From Halanaerobium sp. (GTDB lineage Bacteria > Bacillota > Halanaerobiia > Halanaerobiales > Halanaerobiaceae): a stretch of DNA of 64,000 bases. Below are positions 18,512 through 27,637 of the stretch, in pieces. The notes beneath the pieces are model-generated. The model was not told the origin of the DNA. It ran no database searches and saw only the letters and a program-made list of their open reading frames with translations. The stretch's first letter is position 1. Every line of letters begins with the position of its first letter. A program made the position numbers and the translations under genes. The stretch covers positions 3,005 to 67,004 of the forward strand of contig JBHEOV010000001.1 in assembly GCA_046260625.1 (NCBI GenBank), given 5' to 3'.

Positions 18512-20818
18512 ATGAGAATAAAGAAAGCAGAAGAATTCGAGCCTAAAAAAGAACTAGTTGAATATCTCGGCAGCAGGGAGCTTGCTCTTCTGGCTCAGAA
18601 GCGAGGTCTGGATTCAAAAGAAAAATTGCTGCAATTTATTGAGCCGGAGCAGTACACTCCACTTGAGTTGAATGATTTTCCTAAGATAAGAGAAATTGCT
18701 GCTTTTATTTTAGAACATATTCAAAAAGGAAGTCGAATTTTAATTTATGGAGACTATGATGTGGATGGAATCACCTCTACTTCAATTTTAGTGGGGGCCT
18801 TAAGTCGTTTGAGCAGTCAGATCAGCTATCACATCCCTGATCGTTTTAAAGAGGGTTATGGCCTTAATCAGGAGGTTTTAGCTTCTTATCAGGATCAAAT
18901 TGATTTAGTAATCAGCTGTGATTGTGGGATCAGCAATTATGATGAGGTTAAATTTGCCAGAGAAGCAGGAATGGACTTTGTGGTTACAGATCATCATGAT
19001 TTACCGGAGAAATTACCGCCGGCTGATTATGTAATTTCTCCCCGACTGCTGCCGGAGGATCATCAGGCATACTGGCTGCCGGGAGCAGGGATGGCCTATT
19101 TTTTGATTAAGGCTATTTATGAAGAGCTGGGAAAAAAGGGTGAGGAAAAAGATTTCTTAGATTTATTACTGCTGGCAATAATAGCTGATGTTGTGCCTTT
19201 AAAAGGAGAAAATCGATATTTATTTAAAACTGGTCTAAAAGAACTCAAAAATACTGAGCGAATTGGGCTGAAAGCACTTTATAATGAGCTGGATATTAAT
19301 CCGCTGGAGATCAATGAAAAAACGCTGGGTTTTCAAATTGGACCTTTGTTAAATTCTGCCGGTAGAATTGATAGTGCTGAAAAGGGGTTAAAATTATTGC
19401 TGGCAGCAGATAAAAATAAAGCAGCCGGTCTGGCAGCAGAATTGAAGCAGATTAATCAGCACCGCAAAGAAATCAGCCAGAAAATTTATTCAGAGATAGA
19501 TCAGGGGCTCGACCCCCGGCAGAGAAAAGCTGTGGTAAGTTATAACTCTGACTGGCATCAGGGAGTTATCGGGATTGCTGCTGGTAGAATAACAGAAAAT
19601 TATCAGGTGCCGGCAGTTTTAATGACTTCAAATCAACAGAGTGAGCTAATAACCGGTTCAGCCCGCTCAATTGAAGGAATAAATATTAATAATTTAATTG
19701 CTGAGTGTTCTGATCTTTTAGAAAAACATGGTGGCCATGCGGCTGCAGCTGGTTTTTCACTCAAAAAAGATAGACTGGAAAAATTCAAATTGAGGCTGCA
19801 GCGCTTAATCGATCAGGAGCTTGAGAAAATCGATTCAGAATTGGAAATTGCGGCAGATTTAAATCTGACTCTAGCCAAAATTTCAGCAGAATTTTATCAG
19901 GGACTGCGGCTTTTTGCACCATTTGGGGAGGCTAATCCAGAACCTCTTTTTTATCTAGAAAGTGAGATTTTAAGCAGTCGTGAAATCTCAGGCGGCAGAC
20001 ATAAGCGTCTGATCTTAGGAACTGAAACTGATAAAATCACTGCTCTCTGGTGGTGGGCAGGAGAATTAGAAAAAAATTATCGTCAGCAGTGTGCCTGCCG
20101 GCTAACAGAAAACATTTATCGAGGCAATAAAAGCCTGCAGCTTGAAATAAAGGCCCTGCGGCCCTTAAAAGAAGAAAAGAAAGTGATTGAAAATCAAAAG
20201 AGTAAAAAAGCTCAGCTTAAAATAATTAACTGGCGGCAGAAAGATATTTCTGAATTGAAAGCAGGAGCAGAAAGTACTGTTTATTTTGCTGAAGGGTTAA
20301 AGGAATATAATCTTTATCCTTTAATAAATCGCAATTATTATCGAGAGGCAGAAAATCTGATTTTAATAACTATTCCACCCTCTTTAGCTATCTTAAAAGA
20401 AATATTACTTTTAACAGCTGCTCAAAACTTGATTTTAGTTAATAATGAAGATCAGTATTTTAGGATAAATGGATTTATTAAAAGAATACTATCTTTGATT
20501 AAATATAGTTTAGAGCAGGAAAATGGTCTTTTTAATATAGAGCGGGCAGCTCTGGCTCTGGCTGCTGAAGAAATAGCTGTCAAAAGAGCTTTAGAATATC
20601 TGCGGGCTCAGGCAGCAATCAGCTATGAATATATTTCTTATCAGGAAATTTTGATCAGCAGAGGTGGAAACAAAGATCGGGGTCAGGCTAATTTAAGCAG
20701 CAGCAGTCTTAAAAAACTTTTAAGAGAAAGTTCTGCCTTCAGAAGATTTATTAGAAATAAAGAGGTGGAAAAAATAGATAATCTGCTGAATAATGCTCTG
20801 GCTTCAGCCAGAGATTGA
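18512..20818 (+). CDS. recJ: Single-stranded DNA exonuclease RecJ with long C-terminal extension
   Basis: GDYDVDG, EGYG, DCG, TDHH, GGHAAAAG, PFGEANPEP; RBS GAGGAG favours ATG 18512 over 18497. Confidence 0.92.
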   Translation: MRIKKAEEFEPKKELVEYLGSRELALLAQKRGLDSKEKLLQFIEPEQYTPLELNDFPKIREIAAFILEHIQKGSRILIYGDYDVDGITSTSILVGALSRLSSQISYHIPDRFKEGYGLNQEVLASYQDQIDLVISCDCGISNYDEVKFAREAGMDFVVTDHHDLPEKLPPADYVISPRLLPEDHQAYWLPGAGMAYFLIKAIYEELGKKGEEKDFLDLLLLAIIADVVPLKGENRYLFKTGLKELKNTERIGLKALYNELDINPLEINEKTLGFQIGPLLNSAGRIDSAEKGLKLLLAADKNKAAGLAAELKQINQHRKEISQKIYSEIDQGLDPRQRKAVVSYNSDWHQGVIGIAAGRITENYQVPAVLMTSNQQSELITGSARSIEGININNLIAECSDLLEKHGGHAAAAGFSLKKDRLEKFKLRLQRLIDQELEKIDSELEIAADLNLTLAKISAEFYQGLRLFAPFGEANPEPLFYLESEILSSREISGGRHKRLILGTETDKITALWWWAGELEKNYRQQCACRLTENIYRGNKSLQLEIKALRPLKEEKKVIENQKSKKAQLKIINWRQKDISELKAGAESTVYFAEGLKEYNLYPLINRNYYREAENLILITIPPSLAILKEILLLTAAQNLILVNNEDQYFRINGFIKRILSLIKYSLEQENGLFNIERAALALAAEEIAVKRALEYLRAQAAISYEYISYQEILISRGGNKDRGQANLSSSSLKKLLRESSAFRRFIRNKEVEKIDNLLNNALASARD

Positions 20819-20892
20819 TTTTAACTAAACTTTAAATATTAAAAAGTTGATATTCAACTTATAATTAAAGTAATACTCAGGGATGTGAAAAG

Positions 20893-21591
20893 ATGAAAAT
20901 TAAAACTTTTAAATTTTTAGAAGGTGCGGCAAAAGCAGAAGGATTAACAGTAATCATTGATGTTTTTAGAGCTTACACGACTGCTGCTTATCTTTTTGCA
21001 GCTCAGGCAGAAAAGATTTTTATTGTCAGTAGAGTTGAAACAGCAAGAAGATTGAAAGAAGAATTAAATAATCCTATTTTAATTGGTGAAAGAAAAGGGA
21101 TTAAAATAGATGATTTTGATTTTAATAATTCCCCTTATTTTATTTCACAGCATAATTTTAGTGGGAAAGAAATTATTTTAAGCACCAGTGCCGGGACTAA
21201 GGGGATTATTGCAGCTGAAAATGCAGCTGAAATTATTACCGGTAGTTTTGTTAATATTAAAGCGGCTGCAGAATATATTAAAAGGAAAAATCCCGAGCTT
21301 GTTTCACTGGTTGCAATGGGTAATAATGGAGTTACTAAAGCAGATGAAGATAATTTATATGCACAGGAATTAGAAAAAATTTTAAAGGGTAAAAAAACTA
21401 TGGCTGAAGCTGAAATAAAAAATAGCTTGAGAAGTCCAGCTGGGGATCGATTTTTTAAAGAAGCTACCCAGTCAGAGATGCCAAAAGAAGATTTTGATTA
21501 TTCTTTAAAAATTGACAAATTTTATTTTGTAATTAAAGCAGCTAAAAAATCAGCTGATATTTATCAATTAATGAAGAAAGAGGTGAGATAA
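20893..21591 (+). CDS. 2-phosphosulfolactate phosphatase family protein (ComB-like)
   Basis: IIDVFRAYTT, GER.G, FDFNNSP, STSAGT. Confidence 0.85.
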   Translation: MKIKTFKFLEGAAKAEGLTVIIDVFRAYTTAAYLFAAQAEKIFIVSRVETARRLKEELNNPILIGERKGIKIDDFDFNNSPYFISQHNFSGKEIILSTSAGTKGIIAAENAAEIITGSFVNIKAAAEYIKRKNPELVSLVAMGNNGVTKADEDNLYAQELEKILKGKKTMAEAEIKNSLRSPAGDRFFKEATQSEMPKEDFDYSLKIDKFYFVIKAAKKSADIYQLMKKEVR

Positions 21592-21876
21592 ATGAAAAAA
21601 ACATTAGTAATTCTGGTTATGGTTTTAGCGGTATTATTAACAGCAGCAGTTACTAATCCTTCCAGAGAAGAATTTATTAACTGGAGTGTAGCTGAGATTA
21701 GATCTCAGGCAGAAAGCGATATTGAAAGAATTTTTGGAGGCGCAGTTGCTGCTCCAATGCTGGAACTACAGACAAATGTTCAGGATTATGTATTTTTTAG
21801 TATTTTTACTTTAGAAAAGTCAGATAGTGAAGTTAAATATCTGGGTCTATTTAATAACTTTTTTAGTTTAAAATAA
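21592..21876 (+). CDS. Small membrane-anchored or secreted hypothetical protein (DUF4359-like)
   Basis: N-terminal hydrophobic helix, TNPS.EEF, DYVFFSIF, YLGLFNNF. Confidence 0.65.
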   Translation: MKKTLVILVMVLAVLLTAAVTNPSREEFINWSVAEIRSQAESDIERIFGGAVAAPMLELQTNVQDYVFFSIFTLEKSDSEVKYLGLFNNFFSLK

Positions 21877-21990
21877 TATGGTGTAAAATAAAGATAATTT
21901 GACTTTAGAACTCAGTTTAATAAAATAATGTATGGATAATTAAAGAATACAATGTATTTTGAAGTTAATTAATCTGGAGGAGATCAGATA

Positions 21991-22944
21991 ATGGACGATT
22001 ATTTAATTCGAGCAATAACAACAAATAAGGAAATTAGAGCTCTGGCAGTTAAATCTACAGATATTGTCAGAGAAGCACAGGAAAGACATCAGACCACACC
22101 TGTGGCTACTGCTGCTTTAGGGCGTGTAATTACAGGTGCTTTATTAACTGGCTCATTAGTAAAATCTGGAGATGAGATAGTTCTAAAAATCGAAGGTACC
22201 GGTCCTGCTGGCAAAATTGTGGCAGATGCAAATCAGGAAGGGGAAGTAAGAGGATATATCCAGAATCCCAATCTTGACTTATATCAGACTGATTCTGGTA
22301 AACTTGATGTAGCAAAGGCAGTTGGTGCAGGAGAACTTTCACTGACTAAAATCATGAGGATGAAAGAACCTTATACAGGCAGTGTACCATTAGTTTCTGG
22401 AGAAATAGGAGAAGATTTAACCTATTATTTTACTGCCTCAGAACAGATACCTTCTGCAGTTGGACTTGGAGTTTTAGTTGATACCGATCTCAGTGTGAAG
22501 GCTGCCGGTGGATTTATTATTCAGTTATTACCGGATGCTTCAGAGGAAACTATAGAAATGCTGGAAAATAACCTGGCAAAAATTAGTTCGGTTAGTAAGT
22601 TGATTGAAGAAGGGATGACACCTGAAGAATTATTAAAAGAGCTGCTGGGTGATCTGGACTTTAGAATAATGGCCCGTAAAGATGTTAAATTTAAGTGCCG
22701 CTGCAGCAGAGAAAGAAGTTATGAACTGATAGCAGGCTTAGGTAAAGAAGATATAGAAGAAACTCTGGCTGAAGCGGGAGAAATAGAGGTCCGCTGTCAT
22801 TTCTGTAATAATACCTATACTTTTAATCAAGAAGAAATGGAAGAGCTTCTGGCTGAACTGGAAGCTAGAGACAAAAACATTCCTGAAGTTGATACTGAAC
22901 AGATAGTAGTTGAAAATGAAGCTAATCAAGAAAATAGCAAATAA
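21991..22944 (+). CDS. hslO: Hsp33 redox-regulated chaperone
   Basis: AALGR, SGEIGED, SEQIPS, CRC...CHFC zinc centre. Confidence 0.96.
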   Translation: MDDYLIRAITTNKEIRALAVKSTDIVREAQERHQTTPVATAALGRVITGALLTGSLVKSGDEIVLKIEGTGPAGKIVADANQEGEVRGYIQNPNLDLYQTDSGKLDVAKAVGAGELSLTKIMRMKEPYTGSVPLVSGEIGEDLTYYFTASEQIPSAVGLGVLVDTDLSVKAAGGFIIQLLPDASEETIEMLENNLAKISSVSKLIEEGMTPEELLKELLGDLDFRIMARKDVKFKCRCSRERSYELIAGLGKEDIEETLAEAGEIEVRCHFCNNTYTFNQEEMEELLAELEARDKNIPEVDTEQIVVENEANQENSK

Positions 22945-22958
22945 ATAGTTAAAGTTAA

Positions 22959-22994
22959 ACCGCAGAGGCTTAAACTTCTCTGCGGTATTTTTTT
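22959..22994. terminator. Terminator hairpin between convergent hslO and hflX (overlaps the hflX stop)
   Basis: ACCGCAGAG/CTCTGCGGT followed by a T-tract on the + strand. Confidence 0.75.
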
Positions 22995-24199
22995 AGCTTT
23001 GCTGCTGTAGTCTGTGGCAGCAGTGCTTTTAAATAAATATTATTTTTTTGATATTTTTCTTCATAGACTTTAGCTGTATTGTAAATTTTTTCTACCCAAC
23101 TGGCTTCAGAATAGGGAAGGTCTAATTCTACTTCTACCATTTCTTCACTTATAATATTGTTTAATTTATTTATTACAGTATCTGTGTTAATCCCTTTTAA
23201 AGCTGAAATAAATAATGCATCTGGATAAATTATTTTCAGATCATCAAGTCTCGATTTTTCAAGCAGATCAATTTTGTTAAAAACTTTAATTATTTTGCAG
23301 TTAGAATCGACAAGTTCTGTGATTTCATTATTTACAACTCGCATATTTTTTTCCATTTCCGAATTTGCGGGATCAATTAAGTGCAGAATAATATCAGCAT
23401 TTTCAATTTCTTCTAAAGTGGTTCTAAAAGAAGCCACCAGCTGATGTGGTAATTTGCTGATAAATCCAACTGTATCACTTAAAATAATATTTTGACCTAC
23501 CGGCAGTTCCAGTTTTCTCATTGTAGAATCCAGGGTTGCAAATAATTTATCAGCAGTATAACTGTCAGCTCCAGCCAGTCTATTCATTAGAGTTGATTTT
23601 CCGGCATTTGTATAACCAACAAGTGCTGCAATTGGATCTCTGCGGCTGCTGCGCTGAAGCTCTCTGCTGGCTTTAATTTCTTTTAAATTTTCTTTAAGGC
23701 GGTATATTTTTTTCTCAATCCGGCGGCGGTCAACCTCGAGTTTTGTTTCACCAGGACCGCGGGTTCCAATACCACCTGCCAGTCTTGACATTTCTACTCC
23801 CCGCCCCTGCAGTCTGGGCAGCCGATATTCTAGCTGGGCCAGCTCTACCTGAATTTTACTTTCACGGCTTTTTGCATGACGGGCAAAAATATCTAAAATC
23901 ACCTGGGAACGGTCAATCACTTTAATTTCAATTGTATCTTCCAGGTTGCGCTGCTGTACAGGTGAGAGTTCATTATCAAAAACTATTAAATTGGCGCCAG
24001 TAGTTTCGGCAGCTTCTTTAATTTCTCTAACCTTACCACTGCCAATATAATAGGCCGGATCAATTTTACGGTCATGATAGGTCATTTTTAAAATACTTTC
24101 TGCTCCTGCTGTTTCAACTAAAAGCTCCAATTCATTTAGTTCGCCTTCGTTTAAACCAACCAGAACAGCTTTTTCTTCAGTTTCTATTATCTGATACAT
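22970..24199 (-). CDS. hflX: GTPase HflX (true start possibly ATT at 24235)
   Basis: IGSGK, GIGTRGPGETKLE, GYTNAGKS, LFATLD, DTVG, NKID. Confidence 0.96.
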   Translation of the reverse strand: MYQIIETEEKAVLVGLNEGELNELELLVETAGAESILKMTYHDRKIDPAYYIGSGKVREIKEAAETTGANLIVFDNELSPVQQRNLEDTIEIKVIDRSQVILDIFARHAKSRESKIQVELAQLEYRLPRLQGRGVEMSRLAGGIGTRGPGETKLEVDRRRIEKKIYRLKENLKEIKASRELQRSSRRDPIAALVGYTNAGKSTLMNRLAGADSYTADKLFATLDSTMRKLELPVGQNIILSDTVGFISKLPHQLVASFRTTLEEIENADIILHLIDPANSEMEKNMRVVNNEITELVDSNCKIIKVFNKIDLLEKSRLDDLKIIYPDALFISALKGINTDTVINKLNNIISEEMVEVELDLPYSEASWVEKIYNTAKVYEEKYQKNNIYLKALLPQTTAAKLKKYRREV

Positions 24200-24441
24200 T
24201 TCATTATTTTCATTAATCTCAAATTTATTATTAATATTATCATCTCCTAAGCATAGTTTTTAAAACGAAAGAGAAAAATATTTACTTTTCTTGCTTATCT
24301 ATTATAACACTTTTTCAAAAAATCTAAAAATATAAAAATCGATTTCGGATTAAATTTAAGTATAAAGAGGGTTTAGGGTAGTAAATGAGAGCTAATACAA
24401 TTTAAAGATTAATTGTAATGTGAAATTAAACACTTTCGCAT

Positions 24442-24470
24442 TTGAAATAATCATTTTTGCATGGTATTCT
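24442..24470 (+). promoter_or_regulatory. Sigma-A promoter of adhE
   Basis: TTGAAA-N17-TATTCT with extended TG. Confidence 0.6.
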
Positions 24471-24562
24471 ATAAGTGTCAGTTAAGTTAATAAGTTAATA
24501 ATGCTGATGAGACAGCTACTTAACTGTCTGTTATTTAAGCAAATATATTTTTTTATTGTATT

Positions 24563-24580
24563 TTGTTATAATCTTCACAA
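24563..24580. promoter_or_regulatory. Rex operator upstream of adhE
   Basis: TTGTTATAATCTTCACAA versus TTGT(G/T)AA-N4-TT(C/A)ACAA; adhE is a classic Rex target. Confidence 0.75.
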
Positions 24581-24610
24581 TAACTTTATAAGTCCAAAAG
24601 GAGGATAATA

Positions 24611-27205
24611 ATGAAGATTAAAAATGTTAGTAATGTGGAAGAATTTGACGAAATGATTGCTGAGGTGGAAGCTGCTCAGGCAGAATACGCTCAGTACAGT
24701 CAGGAAGAAGTTGATGAAATCTTTAGAAGAGCTTCAATTGCAGCCAATGATCAGCGAATTCAGCTGGCTAAACTTGCTGTTGAAGATACAGAAATGGGAA
24801 TCGTAGAGGATAAGGTAATTAAAAATCACTTTTCCTCAGAATATATTTATAACAAATACCGTGACGAAAAAACATGTGGTGTATTGGAAGAAGATACTGC
24901 TCATGGAATTAAAAGAATTGCAGAGCCGATTGGAATCATTGCCGGTATTGTTCCGGTAACAAATCCAACTTCAACCACTATTTTTAAGTCACTTATTTCT
25001 TTAAAAACAAGAAATGCTATTATTTTTTCACCTCATCCAGGTGCAAAAGAATGTACAATTGAGGCAGCAAAAACCATACTGGAAGCTGCAGTAGAGGCAG
25101 GAGCACCAGAAAATATTATCGGCTGGATTGACGAGCCTTCGATTGAGTTATCTCAGCATTTAATGCAGCATTCAAAAGTTAGTCTGATTCTGGCTACAGG
25201 TGGACCAAGCATGGTTAAAGCAGCCTATTCTTCTGGTAACCCAGCTATCGGTGTTGGAGCAGGTAATACACCGGCAGTAATCGATGAAACTGCTCATCTT
25301 AAAATGGCAGTTAGTTCAATTTTAATGAGTAAAACCTTTGACAATGGAGTTATCTGTGCTTCCGAACAATCAGTAACTGTAGTTGATGAAGTTTACGAAA
25401 AAGCAAAACTGGAATTTGAAGATCGAGGAGCTTATATTCTAAATGAAGCGGAAAGAAAAAAAGTTTCAGATCTTTTATTAGTAGATGGACATATAAATGG
25501 TGAAATAGTTGGGCAGAGTGCTTCTGATATTGCAGCAATGGCAGGAGTTAATGTGCCGGCGAAGACTAAAATTTTAATTGCAGAAGTAGAAGAGGTTGGT
25601 AGTGAAGAACCATTTTCTTATGAGAAATTATCACCAACACTTGCCTTATATAAAGCATCTGATTTTAAGGATGCAGTTGAAAATGCAGTTGAATTAGTTA
25701 AATTTGGTGGGATTGGTCATACCTCAGTTTTATATACTGATAAAATAAATGATGAGCGTAAAGATTATTTTAGTCATCAGATGAAAACAGGTAGAATATT
25801 AATCAATATGCCTTCATCTCAGGGAGCAATTGGTGATATATACAACTTTAAGCTCGAACCATCATTAACCTTAGGTTGTGGATCATGGGGTGGAAATTCA
25901 GTCAGTGAAAACGTGGGGGTTAAACATTTAATGAATACAAAAACAACTGCAGCAAGAAAAGAAAATATGCTCTGGTTTAAAGTTCCTGAAAATATATATT
26001 TTAAATATGGTGCCTTACCTTCTGCTCTGGCAGAATTAAAAGATAAGAAACGGGCTTTTATTATGACAGATAAGCCGCTGGCAAAAATGGGCTATACTGA
26101 TCGAGTCACAGATGAACTTGATAAACATGGAGTTGACTATAGAGTTTTTGCTGATGTTGAACCTGATCCAGAGATTTCAATGGTTCGAAAAGCTGTAAAA
26201 CAGATGGAAAGCTTTAATCCGGACTTAATTATCGCTCTTGGTGGAGGTTCACCGATGGATGCAGCAAAGATTGCCTGGTTATTATATGAACATCCAGAGG
26301 CAGAATTCAAAGAATTATCAATGACCTTTATGGATATCAGAAAGAGAATTTATAAATTTCCTGAGCTGGGAAATAAAGCTGAACTGGTTGCTATTCCAAC
26401 TACTTCCGGTACAGGTTCAGAAGTGACACCTTTTGCGGTAGTCACAGATGATAGTACAGGAGTTAAATATCCAATTGCCGATTATGAGTTAACACCTAAT
26501 ATGGCAATTGTGGATCCAGATTTGGTGCTTTCAATGCCTAAAACTTTAACAGCTCATTCTGGAATAGATGCTTTAGTGCATGCGATTGAGGCTTATGTCT
26601 CAGTTTTATCAAGTGAATATACAAAGGGTCTATCCTTAGAAGCAATTAGATTAATCTTTAAATATTTACCAGAATCTTATCACGGTGGAGCCGATGCCAG
26701 AAGAGCAAAAGAAAAGATTCATTATGCAGCAACAACTGCCGGTATGGCTTTTGCCAATGCCTTTTTAGGAGTCTGTCACTCAATGGCTCATAAATTAGGA
26801 TCTGCTTTTCATTTATCACACGGATTAGCAAATGCTTTATTAATTAATAATGTTATTAAATATAATTCCAGTGATAAACCGGTTAAACAGGCTTCTTTTC
26901 CCCAGTATAAATATCCGAGAGCCAAGATTAGATATGCTAAAATTGCAGATCACCTTGGACTGGGAGGAAGAACACCTGATGAAAAGGTTGATCTTTTAAT
27001 AGAAGCTATTAATGAACTAAAGCAAGAATTAGATATTCCTGGGTCAATTAAAGATGCAGGAGTAACTGAAGAACAGTTTAATTCAAAAGTTGATAAAATC
27101 TCCGAGTTAGCCTTTGATGATCAGTGTACAGCGGCAAATCCGCGTTATCCATTGATCTCTGAAATCAAAGAGCTATACCAAAAGTCATTTAACGGAGATT
27201 TATAA
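24611..27205 (+). CDS. adhE: Bifunctional acetaldehyde-CoA/alcohol dehydrogenase
   Basis: ALDH half (PVTNPTST, ICASEQ), linker GCGSWG, Fe-ADH half (GGGSPMD, HSMAH, HG). Confidence 0.98.
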   Translation: MKIKNVSNVEEFDEMIAEVEAAQAEYAQYSQEEVDEIFRRASIAANDQRIQLAKLAVEDTEMGIVEDKVIKNHFSSEYIYNKYRDEKTCGVLEEDTAHGIKRIAEPIGIIAGIVPVTNPTSTTIFKSLISLKTRNAIIFSPHPGAKECTIEAAKTILEAAVEAGAPENIIGWIDEPSIELSQHLMQHSKVSLILATGGPSMVKAAYSSGNPAIGVGAGNTPAVIDETAHLKMAVSSILMSKTFDNGVICASEQSVTVVDEVYEKAKLEFEDRGAYILNEAERKKVSDLLLVDGHINGEIVGQSASDIAAMAGVNVPAKTKILIAEVEEVGSEEPFSYEKLSPTLALYKASDFKDAVENAVELVKFGGIGHTSVLYTDKINDERKDYFSHQMKTGRILINMPSSQGAIGDIYNFKLEPSLTLGCGSWGGNSVSENVGVKHLMNTKTTAARKENMLWFKVPENIYFKYGALPSALAELKDKKRAFIMTDKPLAKMGYTDRVTDELDKHGVDYRVFADVEPDPEISMVRKAVKQMESFNPDLIIALGGGSPMDAAKIAWLLYEHPEAEFKELSMTFMDIRKRIYKFPELGNKAELVAIPTTSGTGSEVTPFAVVTDDSTGVKYPIADYELTPNMAIVDPDLVLSMPKTLTAHSGIDALVHAIEAYVSVLSSEYTKGLSLEAIRLIFKYLPESYHGGADARRAKEKIHYAATTAGMAFANAFLGVCHSMAHKLGSAFHLSHGLANALLINNVIKYNSSDKPVKQASFPQYKYPRAKIRYAKIADHLGLGGRTPDEKVDLLIEAINELKQELDIPGSIKDAGVTEEQFNSKVDKISELAFDDQCTAANPRYPLISEIKELYQKSFNGDL

Positions 27206-27239
27206 TAAATTTGCCCAAATGCTAAAATATACTCTATGC

Positions 27240-27270
27240 AAAAAGATGCTCTCCCCAGAGCATCTTTTTG
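27240..27270 (+). terminator. Intrinsic terminator after adhE
   Basis: AAAAGATGCTCT-CCCC-AGAGCATCTTTTT. Confidence 0.88.
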
Positions 27271-27388
27271 TGATTTGTAATATCGCATAAAGTAAATGTT
27301 TTTTAAATTTTCATAAAACTTAAGAGTTTTATTTTTAGCAAATTAAATTTAAAGATAGCTATCTATATTATATGAGGGAGGAATTATT

Positions 27389-27637
27389 GTGGAAGAAATA
27401 ATTATTTGTGTTGGCAGCAGCTGTCACCTCAAAGGCTCAGAAAAAGTAATAGAAATTTTTAAAGAAGAAATTAAAAAAAATAACTTAGATAATATTAAAA
27501 TTTCAGGCAGTTTCTGTCAGGGAAACTGTACTGAAGGTGTTAATATAGAGATAAATGGTCATAAAATTGAGGCAGTGAATGAGGAGAATGCAGGCAAAAT
27601 TTTTAAAAAGCATTTACTGTCTGATCAAAATGAATGA
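27389..27637 (+). CDS. Thioredoxin-like [2Fe-2S] ferredoxin (HfsA-like)
   Basis: CVGSSCHLKGS...FCQGNC. Confidence 0.88.
   Translation: MEEIIICVGSSCHLKGSEKVIEIFKEEIKKNNLDNIKISGSFCQGNCTEGVNIEINGHKIEAVNEENAGKIFKKHLLSDQNE

Noticed and set aside
20828-20848. Third HisR-like palindrome (AACTTTAAATATTAAAAAGTT) upstream of the comB-like gene
   Set aside because: Wrong spacing and mismatched right arm in very AT-rich DNA
24495-24535. GCTGATGA...CTAC in the adhE leader resembling the 3' part of a fluoride riboswitch
   Set aside because: The 5' GGxGATGGxGTTCxCC element is missing; only a small GACAG/CTGTC hairpin is present
27635-27637. TGA stop of the first ferredoxin as a selenocysteine codon
   Set aside because: The protein is complete with four Cys, and the TGA overlaps the next gene's start region (translational coupling)
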